Source: a virus | IMG/VR virus record: IMGVR_UViG_3300042484_002006 | Strand: one strand, 5' to 3' | DNA length: 64,000 nucleotides | In this document: piece after piece, positions 26,516-37,207 of the stretch | Layout: each line of letters opens with the position of its first letter | Numbering within the stretch: the first letter of the stretch is position 1 | Made by a program: the position numbers and the translations under genes | The notes under the pieces: model-generated | Seen by the model: the letters and a program-made list of their open reading frames with translations, nothing else | Database searches by the model: none | What the model was told of the DNA's origin: nothing

Positions 26516-28138
26516 ATGTCATTTGACTTTATAGAAAATTTTACATTAGAACTTCCTGACTTCTCTAAGTCGGATATCAATTTTTCAGAGTCATTTAATT
26601 CAAAGCACGGTTTAATAATAGAAGTCGCTGCAATCCATGAGGGTCTCACTTCTAACTACAATAATTATTCCGCACAAGAATTAGAAAAAGCACTCCAATC
26701 ATGGGTGGATCCATATCCAAAGCCAATCATCCTTAATCATGATTTAAATACAGAAGCTATTGGCAGGGTTATGGCTGCAAAAATGGACAAAGAAGAAGAT
26801 GGTTCCTCATTCGTTCGTTTACAAATAGCAATTACTGATCCCGTTGCTGCTCAAAAAGTTCTTGATAAGAGATACTTGACTGGCTCGGTTGGCGGAAGGG
26901 CTGGTAAAGCAGTCTGTAGCGTCTCAGGAGAAGATTTAGCAACGGAAGATGCATCAGGCAGGCCGAAGGTTGTAAAATACAAAAGAGGCAAAGTCTATAA
27001 AGGTAAACTCGCTTATGTAGATATGCAAGACATTAGCTTTAAAGAGTATTCATTCGTCAATCAACCCGCAGATCAAAAGTCTGGCGTTAGATCCCTAAAA
27101 GCTGTTGATGGTAAAGCAGAGCTTTTTGATTCAGAAAATTGGATTGCACGAAGTAACGCATTTGTTTTAAGTATGGATAATGAGGATATCTTCTCAATTC
27201 AAGAGAATAGATCAATTCTTTCTGATATGAAGAAGAAAGAGTCTAAGCCAATTTATCTCCAACTAAAGGGAGCATTTCTAACGGCCCTGTCCATACAGGA
27301 GAACGAAAATTACAAATACAATGATAGTTCATTACTATCTGATCAGAATAAAAATATCGATAATTGTCAGGAGAATTCCAATATGGATCAAGACACTAAC
27401 GGCGATGATATCCTCGCTGCAGTCCAAGAATTAAGTGATGATCTTTCTACAATCTCAGTAGCTAAGGAATCAGAAGAATTAGAAGAGGCGATTGAATCAG
27501 AAGAAACGATTGAATCAGAAGTCGTTGTCACCGAGGCAGATTCCGAGACCACTGTAGAAGAAGTGGCTTCTGAGGAATCTGAGTCGAAAGAAAATGGATC
27601 TAAGGCTTTGCCTGAAGAAGCAGAAGAAATAGGTAATCAAGAAGTTGATTCAGCTAATTCATCTGAGGCCGAAGAAGATCAAGGGAAAGAAACAGCAGGA
27701 GCAGACCTCACTGACACAAATGTAGTCTCTGAGCAGGATGCAATTGCGAAAGCTAGAATTCAATCCCTTGAAGAAGAAAATAAAAAACTCAAGAGTGCAT
27801 TACATAGAACATTGATTGAAAGAGTTGTTGATACTAGAATCGGACTTGGTTTTGAACTATCAGATGATCGTGAAAAACTAATCGAAGAGTATTCTACAAG
27901 AACAGCATCTTCTTTAGCTGATAGCCTGAGAGATCTTGCTAAGACACCAAGTAAGTCTGGTAAAAGAATTGGCGAGATGTTGAATATGCCCACAATTGCT
28001 TCAGAAGCCGAAGTTTCGGTAAAAGAAGAAAATGTGCTTACTATAGACATGGAAGAGGAGCCCATTAAGGCTTCAGATCCCAAAGAGTCTTTCGAACAAA
28101 TTCTAGTTGATGCCCTTATGGGTAGACGTAAACTTTAA
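26516..28138 (+). CDS. Prohead protease fused to acidic scaffold
   Basis: KPIILNHD...IGRV, LTGSVG, KEYSFVNQPAD protease motifs; Glu-rich region and coiled coil at the C-terminus. Confidence 0.85.
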   Translation: MSFDFIENFTLELPDFSKSDINFSESFNSKHGLIIEVAAIHEGLTSNYNNYSAQELEKALQSWVDPYPKPIILNHDLNTEAIGRVMAAKMDKEEDGSSFVRLQIAITDPVAAQKVLDKRYLTGSVGGRAGKAVCSVSGEDLATEDASGRPKVVKYKRGKVYKGKLAYVDMQDISFKEYSFVNQPADQKSGVRSLKAVDGKAELFDSENWIARSNAFVLSMDNEDIFSIQENRSILSDMKKKESKPIYLQLKGAFLTALSIQENENYKYNDSSLLSDQNKNIDNCQENSNMDQDTNGDDILAAVQELSDDLSTISVAKESEELEEAIESEETIESEVVVTEADSETTVEEVASEESESKENGSKALPEEAEEIGNQEVDSANSSEAEEDQGKETAGADLTDTNVVSEQDAIAKARIQSLEEENKKLKSALHRTLIERVVDTRIGLGFELSDDREKLIEEYSTRTASSLADSLRDLAKTPSKSGKRIGEMLNMPTIASEAEVSVKEENVLTIDMEEEPIKASDPKESFEQILVDALMGRRKL

Positions 28139-28155
28139 AACTAAGGAGATAAAAA

Positions 28156-28932
28156 ATGAGTTTAGCAAAATTTCGCAAAGTACATAGTAAGACCGGTTCT
28201 GGTCGCTTCGTTGTTTCCGAGGGCATAGCCCCCGCAGCATACCTGTTGCCGCACCCCGGTCTTCCTACTTGGTACTATGACAGTGAAGATGATCGCTTTG
28301 AAATCGTTATTCCAAAGGGAACTATTCTTTCAGTTATAGCCGATGCTAATGGTGACGCTCGCATTGTGCCTGCTAACGGTACAGGCTCAAGTAAGGTCTG
28401 GGGCGATGACATGAGCAATACAGCATGGGACCCCACAGCTGGTGCAACACCCGCTTACTCGTCCGGAGCAACTGACACAGTCACTGTGCCTGCTCGTTCG
28501 ATTCCTATCGGTTGCGCACAGTATGATCTTTACAGACCCTTCGATAAAGGTACCTCGCAAGGTGCTGGATTTATCACTCACGGCTATGTAGAGTATCCAA
28601 TGGTCAGCGGTATTAACAATGACGTGACAGTTGGTTCAGTAGTTCGTTCCGACGTAATGGGACGTCCAGTATTGGCTGCAGCTACCGATTTCCTCGATAC
28701 CAGCAGTGTATACAGCTACTTGCAAGTAGGTAAGGTTGTCGAAGTCGAAAAGTTTGCTACAAACTTTGATGACGGCCTCCTCAGCTACATGCAGCTTCCA
28801 TCAGATCCGGGTGCGTTGAAGACCGTTTATGAACTTACCAAGGCTGGTCCTAATAATGGTAAGCTCGGTATTCGTTCGAATCTAGATGTAACTAATGTCA
28901 TTGGTGCATTCCGCGTCAACCTGACACTCTAA
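28156..28932 (+). CDS. Capsid decoration/cement-type major head protein
   Basis: Between scaffold and MCP; AAGGAG RBS; C-ending codon bias suggesting high expression. Confidence 0.65.
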   Translation: MSLAKFRKVHSKTGSGRFVVSEGIAPAAYLLPHPGLPTWYYDSEDDRFEIVIPKGTILSVIADANGDARIVPANGTGSSKVWGDDMSNTAWDPTAGATPAYSSGATDTVTVPARSIPIGCAQYDLYRPFDKGTSQGAGFITHGYVEYPMVSGINNDVTVGSVVRSDVMGRPVLAAATDFLDTSSVYSYLQVGKVVEVEKFATNFDDGLLSYMQLPSDPGALKTVYELTKAGPNNGKLGIRSNLDVTNVIGAFRVNLTL

Positions 28933-28970
28933 TAAAAAAGAAACAATAACACAGGAGGAATATTCCTAAG

Positions 28971-30029
28971 ATGACTAAGACAATCCAAGAGCTCCTCTCG
29001 GGTCTCCCAGCTTGGGAGACAGCAATGACCGAGGACGGGTATATCGACGCAGACAATAGAGTAACAATTAAGGAAGCTTTTGCATCGTCAGACGCAGCAG
29101 CACTTTTCCCGAAAGTTCTCTCACGTACGCTCAGAGAAGCAGCAGAGCCACAGCTTTTAGTGACTCCATTGCTTTCCACTGTTCGTCTCGGCAAGGGACG
29201 TTCATTGGAATTCCCGGCCGTCAATGCTATTCAAGCTGCTGAGATCCCAGAAGGACAAGAGTATCCAGAACAAGCACTCGCTTTCGCAAAGCAGGTAGAG
29301 GGCAAAGTCTCAAAGAAGGGCGTTAAGCTTTCTTTTACAGAAGAAGTGATCGCTGATTCACTTTGGGACATTGTTGGTCTACATGTTCGCGCAGCTGGCC
29401 GTGCTATGGCTCGCCTTAAAGAGCAAATTGCTTTGAGCCGATTCAAAGATGCAGCTACAATCGTTTTTGACAACGATAGTGGTTCATACGATGACACAAC
29501 CGGTCTTGACATTAATGGCGTTGCCAATAAGACAGTCAAGTGGGACGATATCATCGACATGGCTGCCGTTCTCATGGCTGAAAACCATATTCCAACAGAC
29601 TTTATTCTACACCCCCTCATGTGGTCGATCTTCCTCAAGGATGCCATCTTCCATCAAGGTGGCGCAGCATCAGGCGTTGGAACAAGCTGGGGCTATCGTC
29701 CCCAGTCTGCAGATGGTGCTTTGAATCAGACTGCCCCTATGGGATTGAACGTTATTGTTTCTCCTTTCGTTAGCTTCACGGCTAAGAGTGGTGCAACAGC
29801 AGCTAAGTCAGACCTCTTCCTCATCGACCGTAATGAAGTCGGAACACTTCTCGTCAAAGACGAGATGAGTACCGATCAGTTCGACGATCCGGGCCGCGAT
29901 ATTCGCCAGCTCAAGATGAAAGAGCGTTACGACATCGTGATGCTGGGTGATGGTGAAGGTATCACTGTTGCTAAGAACGTCAGACTCAGCCGTAACTACG
30001 AAGTACAGGTTACTAACGACATAGCCTGA
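28971..30029 (+). CDS. Major capsid protein (HK97 fold)
   Basis: GGAGG RBS; LFPKVLSRTLREAAEP, EIPEGQEYPE, KKGVKLSFTEE, MARLKEQIA, KMKERYD pattern; terminator downstream. Confidence 0.9.
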   Translation: MTKTIQELLSGLPAWETAMTEDGYIDADNRVTIKEAFASSDAAALFPKVLSRTLREAAEPQLLVTPLLSTVRLGKGRSLEFPAVNAIQAAEIPEGQEYPEQALAFAKQVEGKVSKKGVKLSFTEEVIADSLWDIVGLHVRAAGRAMARLKEQIALSRFKDAATIVFDNDSGSYDDTTGLDINGVANKTVKWDDIIDMAAVLMAENHIPTDFILHPLMWSIFLKDAIFHQGGAASGVGTSWGYRPQSADGALNQTAPMGLNVIVSPFVSFTAKSGATAAKSDLFLIDRNEVGTLLVKDEMSTDQFDDPGRDIRQLKMKERYDIVMLGDGEGITVAKNVRLSRNYEVQVTNDIA

Positions 30030-30067
30030 TAGAAACCTTAGGGTCGTTATAGTTACAAATTACCCTG

Positions 30068-30112
30068 AAGCTTGGGGGGCGGTGGAGAAATCTACTGCCC
30101 CCTCTGCTTTTT
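30068..30112 (+). terminator. Intrinsic terminator after MCP
   Basis: GGGGGGCGGTGGA-GAAA-TCTACTGCCCCCT followed by CTGCTTTTT. Confidence 0.85.
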
Positions 30113-30126
30113 ATTGAATTGATTTA

Positions 30127-30136
30127 TTACTATTAC
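30127..30136 (+). promoter_or_regulatory. TACTAT-type putative late promoter
   Basis: TTACTATTAC right after the MCP terminator, 28 nt before the next start. Confidence 0.55.
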
Positions 30137-30164
30137 AATAGGTTTTGAATTTGGAGTGTGTTGA

Positions 30165-30938
30165 GTGGCCTTATATCTTATTGATAACGCTACAGTAAGC
30201 GTTAATACTGTTAATATTAAATTCGGTAGGACTATTAAAATAGCATCCTTAGTTGATGCAAATTTTTTAGTATATACTGACGCAGCTACACCTGTTCAAG
30301 TAAGTTCCCCATTTAGGACTATCAATACTATTACTGATTATAATCAGATTAGTAGAACTTTAACTTTATATTGGGATGTCATTCTACCCGGTAATATAGA
30401 CTATGTTGTCCGCGTTCAAAACTTACTAGATTCCTCGGGTATGACTGTCCCTGAAGAAAGAATCAGTTTCACGAGTCAAACACAGTCAGCAACTCCGTCA
30501 ATCCTACAGGAAAGTAAAGCTACTGTTTTAAATGAAGTTTTAGTAGAAGATAAATCTATTAGAACAGATATTGAAACTGGTTATCAAATATTAGCTAAAA
30601 ATCCTAATTTCTATATAGAATCTGTCAGTCCAAATAATGGAGATTTTTATATAGGAAATGATGAAAATAATGGAAGAACTATTATCTCATTTAGTTCTCG
30701 CCCAGCATCAAACTTTTTAACCAGTAAGTATTTTAAAGCACAACGTAAGAAGATGCAAAAAACGCCAACCAGGTGGGAAACGCTTCCTACCCAAGTGTCC
30801 ATGCATTCATGGAAACCAGATGTTTATATAGATTTTCCATCTACCGACGCAACTCCGGTTTATTACACAGATAGCAAGACTTATTTCGAGACTGGATATA
30901 AATATAGAGTTATTGTCTCTTCGGAAGTCGGTATATAA
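30165..30938 (+). CDS. Ig-like domain structural protein (257 aa)
   Basis: Two beta-sandwich-like segments (VNIKFGRTIKIASL; IESVSPNNG...IISFSSRP); GGAG RBS, GTG start. Confidence 0.6.
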   Translation: MALYLIDNATVSVNTVNIKFGRTIKIASLVDANFLVYTDAATPVQVSSPFRTINTITDYNQISRTLTLYWDVILPGNIDYVVRVQNLLDSSGMTVPEERISFTSQTQSATPSILQESKATVLNEVLVEDKSIRTDIETGYQILAKNPNFYIESVSPNNGDFYIGNDENNGRTIISFSSRPASNFLTSKYFKAQRKKMQKTPTRWETLPTQVSMHSWKPDVYIDFPSTDATPVYYTDSKTYFETGYKYRVIVSSEVGI

Positions 30939-31348
30939 TGGCTAATTCATTATATGCAAAAGGCAAAGAAGGCTTATTAGAGGGCCTATTTGACTTGACT
31001 GACAATAATATAAAAATTGCATTAGTAAAAAATACTTATACAGTAAATTTAAGCACACATGAATTCTTGTCAAGCATTAGTGAAGATTCAGTCGCAGCAA
31101 CTACTAGTTTACTAGCCGGAAAAACAACAGCTTCTGGTGTCTTTGACGCTGATAATATTACGGTAGAAGATTACGGGACTAGCGGTTTTGCCTATCTGGT
31201 TTTATATAAGGATACTGGAGTTAGATCTACATCAAGGCTTTTGGCCTACATAGATACAGCCACAGGTTTGCCAGTAGCTGCTACTGCTAGTCCTATCTCC
31301 ATCACAATTAGCTGGAGTAACGATCAATACAAAATATTTAGTTTATAA
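30938..31348 (+). CDS. Small virion structural protein (136 aa)
   Basis: MANSLYAKGKEGLLEG...IKIALV...VFDADN pattern common in phage structural modules. Confidence 0.7.
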   Translation: MANSLYAKGKEGLLEGLFDLTDNNIKIALVKNTYTVNLSTHEFLSSISEDSVAATTSLLAGKTTASGVFDADNITVEDYGTSGFAYLVLYKDTGVRSTSRLLAYIDTATGLPVAATASPISITISWSNDQYKIFSL

Positions 31349-31357
31349 AGGATTTTT

Positions 31358-31696
31358 ATGAGCACCCAGTATCCCGCAGCGTTGGATATATTGATTAATC
31401 CGACATCGTCTGACCCACTCAATTCAGCAACAGTGCCTCACCATCAACAGCACGCAAATGCAAATGATGCCATTGAAGCCATACAAACGGTTATTGGATT
31501 GAATCCAGCAGGCAGTCATTTAACAGTAAAAGATAGAATAATATCTGCAGAAACTGCAATTACTACTCAATCAGTTTTAAATGGATTGACTGACGTTACT
31601 ATTACCACAGTGAACTCAGGTAATATTTTGCGTTACAACGGTTCAGCTTGGGTGAACCACCCCGAAGAAAATCTTACCGATGGAGGAAATTTTTAA
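31358..31696 (+). CDS. Small structural/fibre-associated protein (112 aa)
   Basis: YPAALD...HANANDAIEAIQTVIG; LNGLTDV...ILRYNGSAWVN repeat unit. Confidence 0.7.
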   Translation: MSTQYPAALDILINPTSSDPLNSATVPHHQQHANANDAIEAIQTVIGLNPAGSHLTVKDRIISAETAITTQSVLNGLTDVTITTVNSGNILRYNGSAWVNHPEENLTDGGNF

Positions 31697-31698
31697 TC

Positions 31699-33885
31699 AT
31701 GTCTAATACAATCAGAATTAAAAGAAGAGCGGTTGGAGGAATATCTGGAGCTCCAGGATCTTTAGAAAACGCAGAATTAGCTTTTACAGAAGTAGACGAC
31801 GTACTCTATTATGGAAAAGGAACCTCAGGAGCTGGAGGAACAGGTACTCCCATAGCTATTGCTGGCCCTGGCGCATTTACTACATTAACTAGTACTCAAA
31901 CTATTTCTGGAAATAAAACATTTTCTGGAACAGTAGCCTTAGGATCTTCTGCAACTGCAACAACACAAACAGCAGGAGATAATAGCACAAAAGTCGCAAC
32001 AACCGGTTATGTAGATTCTGCCGTAACTGCTGCTACATATAACTTTACTTTAGCAGGCGATTCTGGAACATCACAGACAATTGACGACGCGGAGACTGTA
32101 ACCATATCAGGTGGAACTGGGCTTTCATCAATAGCATCATCTACAAATACCATAACCCTACATCTTGACAATACAACAGTTACTGCTGGTTCATATGGTT
32201 CAGCTAGTGCAATCCCAACCTTTACGGTTGATGCTCAAGGTCGTTTGACCGCAGCAGGAACAGCTTCTATTTCTACTTCATTTACAGTAGATGCAGACAA
32301 CGGTGACAATTTAACAATTTCTGGTGGAGATACCTTCACTATAGTTGGTGGCATAGGCTTAACATCGGTTGCCTCCGCAACTGACAGACTTACTTTAGAT
32401 CTTGACAACACTGCAGTAACAGCTGGCTCATACGGCGGTGCTGCATCAGTCGGTAGCTTCACGGTTGACGCTCAGGGTCGTTTAACTGCAGCAAGTTCGA
32501 CAACTATAGAAATTGCGCTTGGAACTAATACCAGTGGAAACTATGTGGCAACAATAACTGGTGGAACTGGCGTTACTTCTTCTGCAGCAACAACAGGTGA
32601 GGGAACAACTCACACATTATCTATTGGTCAAGATGTAGCAACCTCTGCAAGTGTAACATTTGCAGGGCTTACACTCAATAGTGGAAGCATGGTTTTTGAA
32701 GGTGCAACTGCAAATGACTTTGAAACAACTCTTGCAGTCACAGATCCAACTGCAGACCGCACTATCACTCTGCCAGATGCAACAGGTACGGTTGCACTTA
32801 CTAATAATAAGCTTTCGGATTTTGCAGCAACTTCCTCAGCAGAACTTGCTGGAATTATATCGGATGAAACTGGTACTGGAGCACTTGTATTTGCTAACAC
32901 GCCAACTCTTGTAACGCCAAACATTGGCGCTGCCACTGGCACGTCCCTTGTCCTTTCCGGCGATCTAACAGTTAACGGTACAACAACTACAATCAATTCA
33001 ACTACCGTAACTGTTGACGATAAGAATCTTGAACTTGGCTCAAGCGCCTCTCCGACAGACGCAGGTGCCGATGGTGGTGGCATCACTCTTAAGGGTGATA
33101 CAGACAAGACTTTTAACTGGGTTGATGCAACTGACGCATGGACGTCTTCAGAAAATCTTAATCTTCTGACGGGCAAGTCATTTTTAATTGCTGGAACGTC
33201 TGTACTTTCTGGCTCAACTCTTGGCTCAGGAGTAACTGCCTCAAGCCTTACTTCAGTTGGAATAATTGCAACTGGCACTTGGAATGGCACAACCATAGCA
33301 ATAGCTAATGGTGGAACTGGAGCTACAGATGCTGGAGCAGCTAGAACTGCTCTTGGCCTAGCTATTGGCACTGATGTTCAGGCATACAACGCTACACTCG
33401 CTGCGGTGGCTGGTGGAACCTATTCTGGCGATGACAGTATTACGACTGTAGGAACTATCGCAGTTGGTACCTGGAATGGTACAGTAATCGGTTCAACTTA
33501 TGGTGGAACTGGAGTAAATAATGGAGCTAGTACCATTACTCTTGGTGGCAACCTTGTTACATCTGGAGCTAATGCAATAACTTTCACCTCGACTGGAACA
33601 ACAGGCGTAACTCTTCCAACATCTGGAACTCTTGCCACTTTAGCTGGATTTGAAAGTCTTACAAATAAGACAATTGATTCGTCCAATATAGGCGCAACAA
33701 CTAAAGGCACAGGAGCTTTCACTACCTTAACCTCAAACGGTGCTACAACATTTACTGCAGCAACAGCGTCATCATCTTACACAACTGGTACTTTAGTTGT
33801 GACTGGTGGAATCGGAGTCTCAGGCGCATTGTACGGAAATGGCAGTACATTAAGTGGTTTCTCCATTGATTGTGGAACATTCTAA
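31699..33885 (+). CDS. Fibre protein with Mtd-N-like N-terminus and internal repeats
   Basis: IRIKRR...GAPGSLENAELAF; two 79-aa repeats (237-nt period) containing TAGSYG...FTVDAQGRLTAA; WNGT...GGTG repeats; start at the ATG at 31699. Confidence 0.75.
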   Translation: MSNTIRIKRRAVGGISGAPGSLENAELAFTEVDDVLYYGKGTSGAGGTGTPIAIAGPGAFTTLTSTQTISGNKTFSGTVALGSSATATTQTAGDNSTKVATTGYVDSAVTAATYNFTLAGDSGTSQTIDDAETVTISGGTGLSSIASSTNTITLHLDNTTVTAGSYGSASAIPTFTVDAQGRLTAAGTASISTSFTVDADNGDNLTISGGDTFTIVGGIGLTSVASATDRLTLDLDNTAVTAGSYGGAASVGSFTVDAQGRLTAASSTTIEIALGTNTSGNYVATITGGTGVTSSAATTGEGTTHTLSIGQDVATSASVTFAGLTLNSGSMVFEGATANDFETTLAVTDPTADRTITLPDATGTVALTNNKLSDFAATSSAELAGIISDETGTGALVFANTPTLVTPNIGAATGTSLVLSGDLTVNGTTTTINSTTVTVDDKNLELGSSASPTDAGADGGGITLKGDTDKTFNWVDATDAWTSSENLNLLTGKSFLIAGTSVLSGSTLGSGVTASSLTSVGIIATGTWNGTTIAIANGGTGATDAGAARTALGLAIGTDVQAYNATLAAVAGGTYSGDDSITTVGTIAVGTWNGTVIGSTYGGTGVNNGASTITLGGNLVTSGANAITFTSTGTTGVTLPTSGTLATLAGFESLTNKTIDSSNIGATTKGTGAFTTLTSNGATTFTAATASSSYTTGTLVVTGGIGVSGALYGNGSTLSGFSIDCGTF

Positions 33886-33898
33886 TAAAAGGATTTAG

Positions 33899-34351
33899 AT
33901 GCTCTACAATGGAGATATAGCCTATAACCAAGCTCATTTCAATTATAGTGGTGTATATGTAGTTTCTCCTGAGTCTTTTGGAATAACTACTAATTTTGGT
34001 GGCCTAAAAGTATTAGGCGTTATTGTCATATCACCACCGTCTGTAAATAGCACATTAGTTTTTGTTGATAGTCATTCTGTTCTTACCCCAAGTGGAATAT
34101 TAGAAAATACAGAAACTTCATCCTCAATGACATTCGCCATGTTTGACGGTTACGGGTCTTCGGAGATAGATATAATAAACGCAGACGCCTTTGCTATCTC
34201 AAGTCTGGATAGCGAAGAAATATATAGCTCTGGCTATATAGCAATATCAATAGATAAGAATGAAGCTTATGCTATTTCCAGTGCAGAAAGTATTATTCTA
34301 GAGGACAATTCAGCTGGAACAATTAACGTTACTATTATATCTAACGCATAA
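33899..34351 (+). CDS. Hypothetical structural protein (150 aa)
   Basis: AAGGA RBS; beta-rich. Confidence 0.65.
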   Translation: MLYNGDIAYNQAHFNYSGVYVVSPESFGITTNFGGLKVLGVIVISPPSVNSTLVFVDSHSVLTPSGILENTETSSSMTFAMFDGYGSSEIDIINADAFAISSLDSEEIYSSGYIAISIDKNEAYAISSAESIILEDNSAGTINVTIISNA

Positions 34352-34366
34352 ACCAAGAGGTAAAAA

Positions 34367-35245
34367 ATGTCAACAGATAGAGTTGTAGTCAGTGACACAG
34401 TTAGAATAACTGTAAAATTTAAAGATATTGACGCCAATGGAAATGAAGTAGCATTATCTCCTGTAGCCAATCCACAAGTAATAATAAAAAACTCTTCCAA
34501 TGCGACTGTCGTTACAGATACTTCTAGTCAAATATCTAGTTCAATATTTTACTTTGATTACACTCCAACTATAGCTGATACATATACAGTTAAGTTTACT
34601 GGCATATTAGCTAATTCTAATACTGTAGTTATAGAACAAAGATTATACGTTAGTTCCACAGTAGAAGAATATCAGCCAACAGTAACTCTCAAAAATGATG
34701 AGACTATTACTTTTGCCCCAGATGTGGCACCTCTTTACATCGACCCTGAGCAATTACTCTCTTATTTCCCTGACGCAACGATGTTAGAAATAGGCGAAAT
34801 TGCCCACAACTTCTCTAATGAGGTTAAAGGCATCTATAGTCTCATAGAGACCGACGACGGTAGTGATCTGTCATTTATTGTATATGAATACATTAAAGCT
34901 GCTACAGCGTGTGAGCTAAGTAGAACATACGGTTATGGCAGTGATGATGAAATATCTATAAGCCTTGGGGATTTTAGCCTCACAAATAAGTCTATACCAA
35001 GGAATAAAGTTACAAGAGACAATGCCACGACATGGTGCCAAATTGCCACAGCTCTTAGAAAAGAAATGTTATCAAATAGAGTTAGTCCAATGGGATTCCA
35101 GATGAAAGGCTTACCAAGTGCTGGTCCGTTTTATTCTGGTGGACAAATTGCCCATCTTACTGATAGAGATTTATATGGTGTAGTAAGAACTGTCCCAGCG
35201 AGTCATGACCCTATGCCCAATAGAGGTTTGAGAAGCCGTGATTGA
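34367..35245 (+). CDS. Head-tail adaptor/neck protein with N-terminal Ig-like domain
   Basis: Position; helical C-terminal domain (EYIKAATACELS...ISLGDFSL). Confidence 0.6.
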   Translation: MSTDRVVVSDTVRITVKFKDIDANGNEVALSPVANPQVIIKNSSNATVVTDTSSQISSSIFYFDYTPTIADTYTVKFTGILANSNTVVIEQRLYVSSTVEEYQPTVTLKNDETITFAPDVAPLYIDPEQLLSYFPDATMLEIGEIAHNFSNEVKGIYSLIETDDGSDLSFIVYEYIKAATACELSRTYGYGSDDEISISLGDFSLTNKSIPRNKVTRDNATTWCQIATALRKEMLSNRVSPMGFQMKGLPSAGPFYSGGQIAHLTDRDLYGVVRTVPASHDPMPNRGLRSRD

Positions 35246-35609
35246 TGTCAAGAAAACTTTCAAAAAGATTCTTAGAGAATGGGGACATAACGTTCATATT
35301 CAAAGAATACTTGCAAATGGAAATCATTATAATCAATTCGAGTTAGTCACAACTAGGCAGGTTGGCCAATCGGGGGCCGTGAATTCTAATTCAACACAAG
35401 AATATGATGAAGGTCTTTTGACAAAATATGATGCAGTATATTATTTTGAAGACATCGTTTACCCTAAAGAGGGTGATAGAATATATGAGAATTATTCCGC
35501 CAAAGCAACAAAAAACTATACAATGTTCAAGATTGATGCTATCACTGCAGTAAGAGGCAGACATGGTAAGATTAATTATTGGATAGTTGGCGCAACTAGA
35601 GAGAAATAA
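35238..35609 (+). CDS. Head-closure/stopper-like protein
   Basis: About 120 aa, YYFEDIVYPKEGDRI pattern, position after the adaptor. Confidence 0.55.
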   Translation: MIDVKKTFKKILREWGHNVHIQRILANGNHYNQFELVTTRQVGQSGAVNSNSTQEYDEGLLTKYDAVYYFEDIVYPKEGDRIYENYSAKATKNYTMFKIDAITAVRGRHGKINYWIVGATREK

Positions 35610-35610
35610 T

Positions 35611-37206
35611 ATGTTAATAGTTAGCAGAGGTCAGTCGGTACAATTTAAATTTATATTTATTTCAGAAGGAAATATATATGACCCAACCGCCAATTCAACA
35701 CCAGTAGACATATATTTTTCTGTTATTAGAGGAGAGTATGGTAGCGGTCCAGTAATAGATGGTCCATATTCTTATCTAATTCAAGAAGAAAATCCTTCAG
35801 GACCTATTTATATTGAAAAAAGTAATTCTAAAGAATTTACTTTTTATTACCAAATTCCAGATAAATTATATGAGGGAATTTATTCTGTTATTGCACAAAC
35901 AACTAACTCCACTGGAAATTTAAACATAAGTGCAAAGTTTCAAGTTAAAGGTGAAGTATCGACTTTAAGTCCAATAGTTATTTCCCCAAATAAAAGTACC
36001 GTAGTAAACTATAAGCCAAGTTATGAACAGTTAAACTCAAATAATACTAGTACGATTTTATTAATTGGCCACGCAAATGGAATGGAATTTAATAACCCCG
36101 TTAATGTTAGGTCAATGCAAAGTGCTATTGATCTTCTTGGAGCAGATCTTTCTAGTCCTTTATTAAGAGGAGTATTTGACGCATACGCGGCTGGCGCCAG
36201 AGACATTATGATTTGTGCAACAGCTCCAATGTCAGAATATGTAGATAAATATTCAGATAGGAATACTTCCAATACTCTATTCGACAGAAATGCTGCCACA
36301 CCCAGCGAATATACTTTTTATGAAAGATATTACGAAAGATTAGAAGAAACATATTCAATAATTAAAGATTTAGATTTTATTGATATTATTGTTCCATTAG
36401 AAACTTCCATTATTAAAACAGGTGGAGTTGATTTTATAACTCAGTTAGCTGATTATTGCGCAGATTTTCATAATACAACCGGCTATGTACAAATTGGAGT
36501 AATAGGATCAAGAAGTGGTGGAGTAATATCTTCAGATATTGACCTGTTGGAAGCAAATTCTATTTTAACAGATAAATTAACCACTACAAATACGACTGGT
36601 CAAATCTCTTCAGATAATGGAAGATTTGTTATTCCAGTATATGGCGAAGCTGTGTATCAGCATGATCAAATAAAGACATCTTATGTTTCATCTATAGCAG
36701 CATCACTAGCTGGAATGTTGGCATCAAGACCTCTCAATATGGGTCTCATCAGAACAAGAATACCAGGAGCCATGTCTTTATATGGATCAGACTTATCTCA
36801 ATCCGAATACAAAAGATTAGATGATATAGGAGTTAATAGCATATATAGAGGTAAGAAGACTAGAAGATCCGTTCCATTTGAAGTTTATTTAACTAACGAA
36901 TACACACTTTCTCATCCAGAATCTACTTTGCATAAAGCAGCACAAATGAGACTTGTAGCTCTCCTAGTCAGTAGAATTAGAGGATATGGGTATAAGGCTA
37001 TTGGCCAACTCGGATATGATAAAGTTGTAGATGATGTAAGATCTTTATTAGAGTCTTTAAAGAGCGATAAAATTATAGTTAATTATTCTTTTAACATAGA
37101 AGTAAGTAGTACCACTGTTGGAAGTATAATATTCTACATAGAAGTTCTTTCTGCCCTAGGGTTAAAGAAAATTGACTTTGCTTTATCAACAGGACCAGGA
37201 GTTTAA
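35611..37206 (+). CDS. Second, divergent tail-sheath-like protein with N-terminal Ig-like domain
   Basis: DIIVP, QLADYC, IGVIG, ASLAGMLAS, YKRLDDIGVNSI and MRLV in sheath-domain order. Confidence 0.7.
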   Translation: MLIVSRGQSVQFKFIFISEGNIYDPTANSTPVDIYFSVIRGEYGSGPVIDGPYSYLIQEENPSGPIYIEKSNSKEFTFYYQIPDKLYEGIYSVIAQTTNSTGNLNISAKFQVKGEVSTLSPIVISPNKSTVVNYKPSYEQLNSNNTSTILLIGHANGMEFNNPVNVRSMQSAIDLLGADLSSPLLRGVFDAYAAGARDIMICATAPMSEYVDKYSDRNTSNTLFDRNAATPSEYTFYERYYERLEETYSIIKDLDFIDIIVPLETSIIKTGGVDFITQLADYCADFHNTTGYVQIGVIGSRSGGVISSDIDLLEANSILTDKLTTTNTTGQISSDNGRFVIPVYGEAVYQHDQIKTSYVSSIAASLAGMLASRPLNMGLIRTRIPGAMSLYGSDLSQSEYKRLDDIGVNSIYRGKKTRRSVPFEVYLTNEYTLSHPESTLHKAAQMRLVALLVSRIRGYGYKAIGQLGYDKVVDDVRSLLESLKSDKIIVNYSFNIEVSSTTVGSIIFYIEVLSALGLKKIDFALSTGPGV

Positions 37207-37207
37207 T

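Noticed and set aside
30021-30120. +1 frameshift extension of the major capsid protein
   Set aside because: The last codon is GCC, which cannot re-pair on CCT, and the extension would run through the terminator
17188-33885. Diversity-generating retroelement acting on the fibre genes
   Set aside because: No reverse transcriptase and no template/variable repeat pair differing at adenines were seen; the internal repeats are in-frame protein repeats
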